From Entomortierella parvispora E1425 (Eukaryota > Fungi > Mortierellomycota): a stretch of DNA of 64,000 nt. Positions 1 through 11,882 of this stretch are shown piece by piece. Position 1 is the first letter of the stretch. Each line of letters opens with the position of its first letter. A program made the position numbers and the translations under genes. The notes under the pieces were generated by a model. The model ran no database searches. It worked only from the letters and a program-made list of their open reading frames with translations, and had not been told where the DNA came from. The stretch is taken from contig BQFW01000004.1 in the NCBI GenBank assembly GCA_020891255.1, positions 1,798,001-1,862,000 on the forward strand. The letters are read 5' to 3'.

Positions 1-149
1 GACGCTTGACTACTGCAAGATTCTTTATTTATTGTCTTTCGTTTCGTCTTGTTCTCAAAATGTTGGCAATCAATCAATACACAAAATACAACGAACTCTC
101 AAAACTGTAAAAAAACTGTAGAATAGAGAAACACACCTGTTAGAATTCA

Positions 150-690
150 ATGAATCCTTCCTTGCACCGTTACTACAGAGTCCGGTGCAGAAGGAACTGC
201 CATCTTCAATCAAGTGGATGGTTCTTTCAAGTGCCCATTTTGCGGGTTAACTTTGACCACTAAATCAAGAGGACCGAACTCCTAAGCATCAGGACGTCCC
301 ACCACTATCATCGCCCGGAGCTTGTCACTGATTCCTCAAAGCCCCGTCATTCCCTCAAGTATCCCCGGAAATGCCCAAAGACATCTCCTATTGCTGTACC
401 TATATTCTTTCACAGAACCTCAGGAATGGGAGTCAACTCTCGCTTGAAGGGTAACAGTCGAATGGGGGGTAACAAAATACCCGAAAGACACATGCAACAC
501 GGACCAGTGGCCAAGACCAATGAAACACATGTCCACGCAAACGTGCCCGTTCTGCTATCACTTTATCAGACTAGTGAGAGCGCGGACCATCAGCGGCAAA
601 ACCAAGCTTGCGCAAGTACATGGAGTTGTGTAATGTTTGAATCCTGATTGCACTTCGTACAGATGTAGCTACAGCCAACGAGGTCGTGAC
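150..690 (+). mobile_element. Degenerate TnpB/Fanzor-like RuvC nuclease C-terminal remnant (pseudogene)
   Basis: Frame 264-524 reads ...PIAVPIFFHRTSGMGVNSRLKGNSRMGGNKIPERHMQHGPVAKTNE. After a +1 shift (extra A near 525), frame 529-690 reads MSTQTCPFCYHFIRLVRARTISGKTKLAQVHGVV*CLNPDCTSYRCSYSQRGRD, with TAA at 631-633. The order NE / CxxC...CxxxxC / RD matches RuvC-II Glu, zinc finger and RuvC-III Asp of TnpB/Fanzor proteins. A second in-frame stop lies at 261-263, and no RuvC-I was found in the window. Confidence 0.65.
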
Positions 691-1251
691 AACGACGAAG
701 AAAAAGACTAAGGAAATGATGAAGTTCGGGAGATACAGCTCAATATGACTCTTTGTCATAAATGTTCATTTCTCTGGATCGATTTACAAGAGACTCTGAA
801 CAAGAAGACAACGACTTGTGCACCAAGACTACAAGATCAAGATGCTAGTAGTGATTACAAGAAACCGCTGAACTGGGCTCGTAACTGAATGCGCTATCAG
901 CATCCCTGACGGAGGGTCAACTTTCTGTGGCGACCAAATCGCAGTCGAGAAGGGCCCCGTCGCAGCTATCCCATATCGAAATAACCGAATGTAACATAGA
1001 TACTGGAAGTAGAATACTAACCCGGTGAGTTTATAATATAAGGGAGATGTGGGAGGAGACACCTGAGTAAAGAGGAGTGGAACGACGATGTATGTTGAGA
1101 ACAGTGAAGAATATCCCGCGTCCAGCACAAATTGTATCTAAATACGTCACCGTATTCCGCTGAATCGTGTTTATATCAATACCTTTTCAAGTTTTAGTGG
1201 CAACTTTTTTTTCCTTGCAACCTTCACCCAAGACCAGACAACATCACCCTC

Positions 1252-3107
1252 ATGGACAGCGACTCGGACTGCGATGCGGTCGCAATGAACATTCAAGGAG
1301 GAAATGCAAGCCAGGCGAGGACATTCTCGCTCGAAAACCTCCCGGCCGAGTTCGTCTCATTCCTCGCGAAGAACGAGATCGACCCGGCTATTTACACTGT
1401 GATAGACTTGCCGCGCTATGTGCGCCTGAACCCTGATCCACATCTGACCATCACCCCTCAGGAGTTGGAGAAGCAGCTGGGGACTAAAGTTGAACCTGTG
1501 CCAGGTCTGGAGGCATTTTGCAAACTGAGTGGATCCGTCAAGTTGAGAAACTGTCAAGCGTAAGTCGCCCTTGGCTGACACTACTCTGGACGATCGGACA
1601 AAGAGTATGTCTTTGTCACCACCAGACTAACAGGTCTTTTACAACACATGAATCTTAGTTACAAGGATGGAAGGATCTTTGGGATGGATCTCAGTTCAGG
1701 AATCGCTGTCTATGCTCTGGATGTGCAGCCCGGAGAGCATGTTCTGGACATTTGCTGTGCCCCAGGTAAGTTCAACGATTTGCTTCAGGATCGAAATCGC
1801 AACGAGGGATTCAAACTATTTACATATGTCTTTTCTTTTGATCTTATTTAGGTGCCAAGCTCTGCATGGTTGCTGGCTTGCTGACAAACTCTGGAAACGT
1901 CTGTTCGGATCGGTCGCGTGCCAGTAACCAGTTGCAGATGGATATCACAGGCACGGTCACTGGAGTCGACATTTCAGCTCATCGACTCTCGACCTGCCGC
2001 GCCTTACTGAAGCGTCACCGACTGCAGCAGTGTGCACGACTCTTCCAAGCAGACGGCACGACGTTTAGTGTCATGAGACCCAGTGCACTGGATGCGATCC
2101 GTGCACGAATCATGGCTGGAATTGCAAAGTCAAAAGCAGAGCAACAAGCACAGAATACCACCCAGGGGAAGCGATCACTCGACGACAGTGATGATTACTC
2201 TGGTATTGACTCTGGAGCTCAATGTGGCAACGGCGGTGCATCTTCATCATCCCAGGCTCGGCAGCAGTTTCACACAAACTATACCCCAGATGCAGACAAC
2301 TCTGTGAAACGCCAAATGTTATCAGGACTGACCCCTCAGCAGAGAGAGGACCAGGAGCGAGGTCATGTCTTTAATGGAACAGAGATCCCTCCCAGTCAAG
2401 GAAAGGTCGTCCCATTCTACGCGCCCAAGATTTTGAGAAACGACCCTCAAACGCAATCAGAGAGCTATAAGTATGACAAGGTCATTGTTGATGCAGAATG
2501 TAAGTAGAGTTGGATTGCCAGTTTATCCCTGAGAGAGAGATTCGCTGAATGGCCAGGATGAAAGCGACCTAGGATCTAACGATTCGTGATTTCAACTGAC
2601 GATCTACTTTTAGGCACCCACGATGGCTCAATAGCACATATCCTCAAATACGAGACCTGGGGATGGGATAGTTTTCACAAAAACTTTATGGCGCAAGATA
2701 GACTGGACTCTTTGGCTGACCTTCAACGAGGCCTCCTTATGAATGGCTTCCGATTGACAAAAGCAGGAGGTATCGTGGTCTATTCCACCTGCTCTCTCTC
2801 CAGAGCTCAAAATGAGGATGTTGTGGCGTGGTTCTTGGCCAAAATGCAAGGTAGAGCCGTCTTGGAACCATTACCCAAACATGCTCTGGGCATCCCCACA
2901 GCCAACTGCAAGAAACCTTGCCGTTCAATCGTAGCATCAGCTTTGGGACTTCAGACGGCAGATGACGGATCATGGCAGGGCTCCGCAGAACAAGAGGCGG
3001 AAATGGAACAGTTTCAGAACCATGTCATGGATATGTGTTTGCGCTATGATCCTTTGGCCAGTCATACCAGTGGGTTCTTCCTTGCGCGGATACGAAAAAT
3101 TGCCTAA
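1252..3107 (+). CDS. NOL1/NOP2/Sun-family RNA m5C methyltransferase (4 exons: 1252-1559, 1659-1765, 1852-2499, 2614-3107; 518 aa)
   Basis: VLDICCAPGAK SAM-binding motif, DAEC|THDGS (motif IV, split by an intron) and VVYSTCSLSRAQNEDVV (motif VI), ending in SHTSGFFLARIRK. The GT-AG joins sum to 1557 nt, in frame. Confidence 0.9.
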
Positions 3108-3597
3108 AATACAGACAAAAAAATAAAAAAAGATTTTTCATTTTTGCAAGCATCTTCCACGCTGCATCGCGTGTCAGACATTTCGTCCGCTAAGCACTTT
3201 GTGCTCCTGGGAACAATTCCAGACTCTGGAAAACATCCACACGATAAAAAAAAAAAAAAGATAGGTGTCAACGGTTTTTTTTCAATTGTATTTTTCAGGC
3301 AGAGCCGCTCGCCATCTTTGTACCCTACAAGTCACAGCAATTGGCCACAGGTTCATACAACTAGAATAAAAACGAAGAGAGAGGGAAAGTTCCGGTAGAT
3401 AAAGAATGGATGAAGAGGGTGAAGGAAAAAGATATTACGGAAGGGGGGTTGGAAAAAAATATACATGCAGAGAGGAGGCAGAATTTCAGCCCCTCGGATC
3501 TCAACATTGACAGCTAGGCAAGGTTATTTAAAGATGCGGTAGATAATGCAAATAGATGGAAGGAGGAAATGAGGAGGGTGGGAAGATGGTTGACCTC

Positions 3598-4831
3598 TTA
3601 GATCTCCTTCTCAGCGACCTTCTCCTGGGCGTAGGCGGCAGAAGGTTCCTCAGCACGACGAGCAGCAGCAGCGCGCTTGCCCTTGAACTTGAGGAAGAGG
3701 ATAGCGCCAATGACACCGAGCCAGTAGACGCAGTAACCGGTGATGGTACCGACGGAGGCAATGTTACTCCAGCCCAAGATGGAGTTCAAGAAGGCGTATC
3801 CACCGGCGTTGGGGTCGTTAGGGTTACCCCAGCTCAGGGCCCAGACGTTGCCACGGGGATCGTACGAACCGGCATCATCGGCATCGCCTCCAACAATCTT
3901 GTTCCATTTGTCCATCTCGTAAGCCTGGATGGCTTTGGCAAACAAACCGGCGGCGATCAAAAGCAAGAAACAGGTCGAGGCAACAAAGAAGCGGTGAAGG
4001 GTCAAGCGACTTCCTCCACGGTAGATCAAGAAACCGACCAAGGCACCAGCCAACAATCCAGTAATAGCAGCCAAAGGAATCGACTTTGCCTCAGTTTCGA
4101 ATGTAACCTATTTAGAGAGAAGGGAGGGAAAACGCGTTAATGATGCTGTTGGAAAGACATTGGGGCGAACAAGAGGTGAGGTATTAAAAGACATGTCGTT
4201 TGACTTACACCACCAACAAAGATCATGGCCTCCAAACCCTCACGGAGAACAGTGATCATGGGCAAGATCAAGAGAGCGTACTTGCCAGAGCGGTTGGTCA
4301 TGCTCTGGTTTGTATCAATGTTGTCCATCTGTGCCGACAACTTTCCACGCCACTTCTCCTGCATGTCCTGAGACTTCAGCATGGCCAAGGCCATGATGGT
4401 GATCATGATACAGGCAATCAAGGCGAAAGATCCCTCCCACAACTCTTCACTGGTCTGGAAAACGTTCTTGGCAACGGTGTTCCTATTAGAGATGACAAAA
4501 GATAGAGATGGTGAGTTTGAGGGAACGTTAAATGGAAGAAAGGGAAAAGACTAGGCGAAGGAGTTGGGGAGGCGCATGCAGTAATGAATGTGTGTCGATG
4601 GTGCAAGGCAAGTGCTTACCAAATAGCGATAAACGCTCCTCCGATAATTAACGAGATGATAAGACCGATGGCAACACCGATCCAGACGTGCCAGCGAAGG
4701 CGGCGGTAGAGTGCTGGGTCATCAACAATGACTTGAGAGATGAACGAGAGCAAGACCGAGACAATAATGGCTGCCTCGGTCGTCTCTCTGAACATAATAA
4801 AGAAGATGGGTGCTGAGAAGACGGATCCCAT
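3598..4831 (-). CDS. FTR1: High-affinity iron permease Ftr1 (3 exons: 4831-4620, 4482-4209, 4107-3598; 331 aa)
   Basis: Two RExxE motifs (FRETTEA, LREGLEA), multiple hydrophobic segments and the SILGW motif. It is divergently paired with a Fet3 ferroxidase. Confidence 0.96.
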
Positions 4832-5257
4832 TGTGAATATATATCTCTGTGGATGGAGGAAAGGTGAGAGTAAGGAGAGAGAGAGATGGAAAGACCCTTG
4901 GTGTTTAATAAAAGTTAATGATTAAACAGGGTAGATGGAGGAAGGCGCAAGAAGGGGGAGAGCGTAAAAACTGAAGAGAAAAAGAGAGAAGAAAAGAAAA
5001 AAAAAAAAAAAAAAAAAGAGATCAAGAGGAGGGGGGAAACATAGGGCATCGACTTTATAAGAAACGAGTGATACATCTACATCATCAGATTAAGGTCAGC
5101 GAGGGCCAAAAGTGGGCGAGATCTGGGATGGGGTGTTTACCAGGGAACGGTGCAAAGGTGGAAGGTGGGCTGGGCCGGGTATTCCCAGACTGGCGGACTC
5201 ACTGGCCCATTGACTGAGTGGGGAGTGAATGAATGGATGGGCCATTCACTTTTTTCG

Positions 5258-5769
5258 ATCTGATAAACGACTCGCCCCAACTGTCGACTCTACTGTACAA
5301 TATTTTACCTTTTGGTGTTTATCAGATCCAGAGTCAGCTTTTTTTTTTTTTTTGTCTTTGTTCGTTTGCTCTCAAGAAGCAAGTGAGAGACACCCAACCT
5401 TTACCTTCCGCTTTGGTCGGTTCAAGACAACGGGCGGTCTCGCCCTTGCCCATTGGAGCCCAGCCTAAAGGTGAGTTTGGAGCGCTGTTTGTTTTATGAT
5501 TTTCGCCACACCAACAAACTCAGCGACTTAGTCCTTGTGCAAGGGTGCTAACTGTACGTTCCTGCACCTCTTGCATAGTGCCTTCTGTTTTACCTTTCCC
5601 CCTCGGGTTCGTTCCCTGGTGCTCTTGCAGTGGCCCCATCGCATGACGAGCTCCTTTGCCGGGGAACGAAATAAAATCCACCATAGAGGGGAACCAGGTC
5701 ACGATGGAAAGCTAAGAAGGACACAGAAGCAGATACGGTCCATACCGGGAACAAAGCTACATCTGATAA
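5258..5769. promoter_or_regulatory. FTR1-proximal cluster of three iron-responsive GATA boxes (ATCTGATAA)
   Basis: Perfect ATCTGATAA at 5258-5266 (+), 5319-5327 (-) and 5761-5769 (+). This matches the ATCWGATAA consensus of fungal SreA/Sre1/Fep1-type repressors. Confidence 0.8.
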
Positions 5770-7341
5770 GAAAAAATCGGTCATGAAAAAAATTGGAAAA
5801 ACTCTTCGTGTGCAAGCCTCTCAATCCTGGGTCCAGCGAAGTCCCGCCACTTCGAGGACAGCGTTGCTTCGTATTGGTCATCGCCAATTGCACCTCCAAG
5901 CGAACGAGAGAGGACTTACTCGTTTTTTCCTCTACTTGACTTCCTGATGCCTTCATTAGGATGTCTTGGCTCCAACATTGAAAAAAACACCGCAGGGTCG
6001 AATCTCAATGGGAAGAATTTCACCCATCTGCGGGCGTTTGCTTCCCAAACTGTGGGCGAAACATCCTGGAGGGAGAGGAGGGAGGATCTCCTCTTGTTTG
6101 CTACAAGTACTTATGACCTCGTGCATTCGCCGTTGTTTCGCGCGGTTTAATGTGAACATTTAGCTCACGACGAAATGTGCCCTTTGCCCTTACTCATTCC
6201 ATTTACCTTCTCTACGATCGGTTTCAGAAACCAGCCATCTGAGTCAAAGCTCGCTTGCGAATCCAAGGTTGGGGGTGAAAGAACGAAGAGAGACTCCGCT
6301 TGACCCAAACTCCCAACACGAAGACACATGCGGCCATTGAGCTGAGTTGGTTTTTCTTTTTGTCTTTCAGCCAGATGTGATGGTCATGGCATTTTGCAGT
6401 CAGTGCTTCTGTGTAAACTCCCGCAAAGGGAGGACAAAGAAATGAAGAAAGAGAAAAGAGATGGAAGCCTTGGAAGAACACGAATGCACCCGAGCGTCGG
6501 TTGGACAAAGAGCAAGGCGACGAAGGGCCGACCGGGTAATTCGCTTTTTTCTTCGTTTATTGGACCCACGGGTGCTGTAGAAAAGAAGAGGGCGCTAAAC
6601 CTTTTTTTTTTACGTTTGTTTGCTCCTGTCTGCGTGTGCTGTTCCTTGTGCTCGCTTCTGTTGCCCTGGGTCTGGGGTCCTCTTTTAGGCTAGAAGTTGG
6701 ACGGCGGAATCTGAATATGGCCATGTTGGGCGAGATGGGCGTTGTTTTTTGAGGTTGTCCTTGCAGACCGACCCTTTGGCTTTTTGACCCCTGTGCGCGA
6801 GAACAAAAAGAGAGATGACCCAGGCCAAAAGATTGGGACAGGGACTAGAGTCGCGCGGAAGGAGAGACGAGACGGGACTAAACTGCGCTTGACATTGAGA
6901 TTAAGAGATCTGCATCCAGCTGCGATATCTGAATGAAATGTCCACCCGACACCGTGGCCATAACTGCACACAGCAGAGTAGCCATGACTGAGTGAAGGCA
7001 AAGTAGAAAACAGGAGGAGAACTGGGGCTTAGATCTCGACTTGCAAACCCCAATTCATAAGGATAAACAACACGCGATAATGTAGGGAGATGCGTGCGCG
7101 GTGTCACCAAAACTCACTCGGTTTTTGTTAAGACAAAGGAACCAGCGAGCGGGGATGGAGGGAAGTACAATTGTCTACTGAAGAGAAGCTACTCGCAGTG
7201 AATGAATACGAATGAAGGGAACCATGGAGCTGAGGCGGGATGGCCGCTGATGGGCGTGTCAGTCAGTCAGTCCATCGACAAAGTCAGTCAGTCAGCCCGC
7301 CATGGCAGTCGATGATTTTTTTTTTCACAGGGCGGACTATC

Positions 7342-7840
7342 TTATCAGATCCTGTTGAAAAAATTTGATTTTTTTTGCGGGCCATGACTCGGGTCCACAT
7401 CTTGGGCAACCCAAAACGCAGCTGTGGCGGATGGACTGAGGACTGAATCAAGCTGAGCGGGGTCTGGATCTGAGCATGCGGCTGTCTGCCTGTTGGTCTG
7501 CTCTCGCTGGTTCTCTGAGTCCCTTTATGCCGGGTGTGTACAGCAAAGTTACAAGTTCAATACCAGGCAAACCCGTTAGTCGACCTCCTGTCGATCGATC
7601 CCTCTCCCCTCTCCGTCTGGCCAGTCTTTTCGATGGCAGTGCAAGATGAGGGTGGTGTGTGAGTAGAGAGAGAAAGAAGAGTAGAGTAGAGTAGGGGCGA
7701 GAGGAGTGAGTGAAAGAGAGAGAGAGAGGGGGGAAAGAGACCCCTTCCACACGCACACGCACACGCACACGCACACAGACACACACAGGACCGATCTGAT
7801 AAACAATACCGGCTCAATTGAATCAAGCCGCATCTGATAA
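7342..7840. promoter_or_regulatory. FET3-proximal cluster of three iron-responsive GATA boxes (ATCTGATAA)
   Basis: Perfect ATCTGATAA at 7342-7350 (-), 7794-7802 (+) and 7832-7840 (+), about 250-750 bp upstream of the FET3 ATG. Confidence 0.8.
7751..7776. repeat. (ACGCAC)4 microsatellite in the FET3 promoter, next to AG-rich tracts
   Basis: Directly visible tandem hexamer. Confidence 0.9.
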
Positions 7841-8090
7841 ACCGCCTGTTCCTTCCCCCCGGGAGTCATGGTAGAAAACGAATAAATATTGGAGCCCTTT
7901 TCGCACTCGCTGCCTTCTGGTCTTCTTCTTCTTTTCCTTCTTCTCTTTACCCTCTTTCGCTCCTCCCTCCCTCCCCTCTTCCTCCTCTCTCCTCCAGCCG
8001 TTGGATTGATTTACCCAGAAGGAGTCTCATTCACTTGAATTCTCTTTTTTCGCTCTTCTCCCCTTCAATCTAATTCCTTCCTCCATCGCC

Positions 8091-10128
8091 ATGCTTGCCT
8101 CCATCAAGAGTCTTGCCCTCGTGGCCTTGGCCTCTACTGTGGCCCAAGCCGCTGTTGTGACCTACGACTGGAACATCACTTATGTCAACACCAACGCTGA
8201 CGGTCTCTTTGAGCGTCGTGTCATTGGTGTCAACGGACAGTTCCCGTATGTTTTTGCTTTGTTTTCTTTTTCTACTTTGCTTTTCTACTTTCAAGTCTGC
8301 TTCTGCAGTCTACCCTGGGGAAACAGTTTTGTTTTGGCCCACCCCTTGTCTTGCATCCAGTCAAACTGACCCTTGTGCCCTCTTGCCGTCTTTTACACTC
8401 TAGTCCTCCTGCTATCAATGTCACCTTGAACGACACCTTGGTCATCAACGTCATCAATAACCTCGACCAACCCACTTCGCTGCACTCTCACGGTCTCTTC
8501 CAGACCGGCAACGCCCAGTTCGATGGTCCTTCCATGGTCACCCAGTGCCCCATCCCCCCAGGTGCCAACTTCACCTACACCATCCCAATTGAGCAGCACG
8601 GTACCTACTGGATCCACGGACATTTCGGTGGTCAGTATGTCGATGGTCTTCGTGCCCCCTTGATCATCCACAACCTCAACGAGACCTACAAGTACGATGA
8701 GGAGTACACCATCGCCCTTGCTGGTAAGCAAATTGTCTTTATTATTATTCTGAAAAGACTGAGAAAGAATCACAACCGCAAAGTCTCTAACCACATGTAA
8801 ACCCTTTTTTTCCCTCCTTGGCGACTTGAACAGACTGGTACCACCAGGAGCACTCTGTCATGCTGGAGCAGTACTTGTCCATCTTCAACCCCAGTGGAGC
8901 CGAGCCCGTCCCCGAGTCGGCTTTGATCAACCAGATGCTCGACCAGAAGTTCAACTTTGTCCCTGGCAAGACCTACCGTCTCCGTATCATCAACATGTCT
9001 GCTTTGGCAATGTTCCATTTCCACATTGACGGCCACGAGATTGAGATTATTGAGGTTGACGGTATCGATGTCGAGCGCCAAAAAGTCTCCAGCTTCCCCA
9101 TTACTGCTGCCCAGCGTTACTCTGTCTTGGTCACTGCCAAGGCTGATACCTCCATGAACTACATCATCCACGCCGATATGGACCCCGCCATGTTCGATGT
9201 CGTTCCCGATGAGCTGGTCTTGAACATCACTGGAACCATCGTCTATAACGAGGCTTCGCCTTTGGCCCCCGAGGAGCTCAGCCAGTGGGAGCCCTTCAAC
9301 GATGCCGAGCTCGTCCCTGTTGTTCCCCTCGCCACCCAGGCTCCTGACCAGGTCTTTGCTTTGACCGCCGCTTTCAGCGTCTTGAACGACTACAGCAACA
9401 AGGCCACCTTCAACGATATCACCTATGTCATGCCCAAGGTTCCCTCTTTGTACACTGCTCTCAGCACCGGCAACTTGTCCTCCAACCCTGAAGTCTATGG
9501 CAAGTATGCTCACCCCATGGTCCTCAAGCACAACGACTGGGTCGAGATCGTTATCAACAACGATGATCCCGGTAACCATCCTTTCCACTTGCACGGACAC
9601 GTCTTCCAGATTGTCGGACGTGGAGAGGGCAAGTACGACCCCAGCAGCGGTCCTTACCCCGGCTACTTGAACACCACCAACCCCTCGCGTCGTGATACCG
9701 TCTTGGTTCCCTCCGAGGAGAACGTTGCCATCCGTTTCCAGGCCAACAACCCCGGTGTCTGGCTCTTCCATTGCCACATTGAATGGCATTTGCAGGCCGG
9801 TCTCGCTACCACCATCATTGAGGCCCCCGAGATCATGCCCAGCGTTCTCAAGGTCGACCCCACTCACTACGAGCACTGCAAGGCTTTGGGTATTCCCTTC
9901 AGTGGAAACGCCGCCGGTAAGGAGGGCTTGGACCTCGCCGGTGCCAACCTCGGCCCCGACCCTCTTCCTGGTACCTTCACCGGCAAGGGTATCGTTGCCT
10001 TGGTCTTCACCATCATTGCAGCTCTCTTGGGTCTTGGAACTGTCATCTGGTACGCCCGTGAGGACGATGCCCAGATCGCCTCCCAGATCGCCCAGGCTAA
10101 GATTGCTCAGGAGGAGGAGACTCACTAA
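8091..10128 (+). CDS. FET3: Fet3-type multicopper ferroxidase (3 exons: 8091-8245, 8404-8723, 8834-10128; 589 aa)
   Basis: Signal peptide and four Cu-binding motifs ([25 protein letters not shown]). Acidic Fe-binding positions are retained (GAEPVP, DPAMFD, DDPGNHP), and there is a C-terminal TM helix. Codon usage is strongly biased to C-ending codons. Confidence 0.97.
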
Positions 10129-10459
10129 ATCCTTCAACATTGGAAGAAATTCCCGTTTTTTTTTTTTGAATTTTTTTTGTAAAAAAAGAGAAAGAGGATA
10201 GAGAGGGAAGGACCGCAAGCGCATGCAGTCTGATAACCTTTCCATTGCTTTTTTTTCTCTTGTCCCTTCTACAAAAAAAGAAAAAAAAACGGACGATCAA
10301 CCTACATTCTCATTTCACCCTTGTGTATTATATCGACTATTTTTTTCTTTCTATTATCATCCCCTTGCTCAGGAATACCCTCATCTTTCCTGGGCTTGCA
10401 TATATTTCTCAACCTCTTCACACTCGATCCAATAAATCATAATAATAATTACCCCATAT

Positions 10460-11882
10460 TTGATGGAACCCAGAGTCGGGCTCGGTGGGTATTGGACAGT
10501 GGATCCCTTATATGCACTGGACGATTGAAAAAAAATCTCCTTCAGTGTCTGCTTGAGCACTGCACATTGTTTTTTGTTTGGCGTATTTCGGTCTCACTGC
10601 GAACCCTGGCAGGCCACAATACTCACGAATCATAATTTTTATTCCGGAGCCTCGTCACGTCTGTAAGCTAGAACTTAGGCAATATGAAATACTCGACTTG
10701 CGATCATTGTGTTGGCTCCAACTAGATTTTGCAGTACCTCGTCGGACAAGCAGGATATGGAGATGTTGCAACGGAAACTCGAAGACATCGAGACTGGGAC
10801 CCAGCCATAGACACAGGACGAGGGCAATATATGCGCGTTGCTGCCCACATCGTTTCAAACATGACGCTGGACCCATACACTCTCACCATTCGATCAGTCG
10901 ATCAATAAGCCGCAGTAAATAAATGTGACCTTGCTCATGACACATGAACTACACTGTCGCTTTCTCGCTTCCTTTTTCTCCGCCTTTGTCTCATCAACAT
11001 CCACACGCTTTCCCAGATTGTACGCGTTTACTCCAGATTACACGCGTCCATTCGAGTGTGCTTTCAAGTCTTGCCCTCATTGCCGTCGCTGTAAGTGCCA
11101 TTCAGCCATTGCATCTGCATTGCTCTCTACTCATGGCGTGGCTTATTGTATTGTATTTTACTTCTCAACTTCGATGTAATCTTAAAATTCTTATGTCCAT
11201 TCTACAGTTCGAAAACTACACTGTTTATCCGTCGATGTCCTCCAAAAGGAAAGCCTGGGTTAAGATGGAGAGAGAGAGAGAGAGCTGCCATCTACAGTAA
11301 AAGGCCTGGCGCTTATTAGCCTGCCTCCTTTCTTCGAGTCCAAGAGAATCACTTTCTTGAGTCTTTGAGTTGTTGGCCCTTCTTTCGTTTTTGTGTAACT
11401 TGATTCTCGCTGGAAAGCAGAAAAAAGCAGATTTCCAGAGAGAATCAAAAGGTGATTCTCTTGGGCACTCAAGAAAGGAGGGCGCCTATTATTTCTTGAA
11501 GATCTCCCAAACTGAATTCAACCCCCTGTCCTACTTTGAATATCGTGGAGCCACAACTGTCGGATTGACCGCGTTACTGAACATCAAGGTACGAGCGGAG
11601 TCCCTGTTTAAAAATGTGTTGGATACATCCATGCATTTCTAAGATGTCCTTTTTTCGTGCTCACTTCTATGGGCGATCAATGACCAATACATGCAGTCTG
11701 TAAAGGAGGAATTACGCAAAACAAAGAAGGAGGAGGCGAAGAACAGGATGCTGGGACAAGGATGTTCAGGGGATGCTCACAACCCTATAATCTACACCCC
11801 AACCAAGAAGCAAAAAGCAGCCGTCTCGCAACCCCCCTCACCAAAGAAAGCTCGTCAGAGCCGACCTTCCTCGAAAAAATAG
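10460..11882 (+). pseudogene. Possible decayed coding tract of an unidentified multicopy family
   Basis: Short protein-like stretches in shifting frames (RWVLDSG...CLLEH, ILDLRSLCWLQ, NPLSYFEYRGATTVGLTALLNIK, IIYTPTKK), a GTAAGT...CTACAG intron-like segment at about 11091-11207, and many stops. No intact gene model can be built. Confidence 0.3.
11324..11481. repeat. Nested imperfect inverted repeat (foldback)
   Basis: Outer arms 11324-11352 and 11452-11481 (CCTCCTTTCTT-c-GAGT--CCAAGAGAATCAC vs its reverse complement). Inner arms 11400-11416 and 11432-11448 pair at 16/17 positions. Confidence 0.85.

Noticed and set aside
202-240. FKCPFCG zinc-finger-like peptide in another frame at the window start
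   Set aside because: Short, not followed by His ligands, and it overlaps the frame that continues into the Fanzor-like remnant; probably coincidental.
6485-6491. TGCACCC (yeast Aft1-type site) in the FTR1/FET3 promoter
   Set aside because: A single 7-mer is expected by chance in 3.3 kb (about 0.4 occurrences), so it is not evidence for Aft-type control.
8770-10245. 491-aa antisense ORF over FET3
   Set aside because: Shadow ORF caused by the strong codon bias of FET3; no recognisable motifs. The same applies to 54029-54784 over the LPMO gene and 3556-4140 over FTR1.
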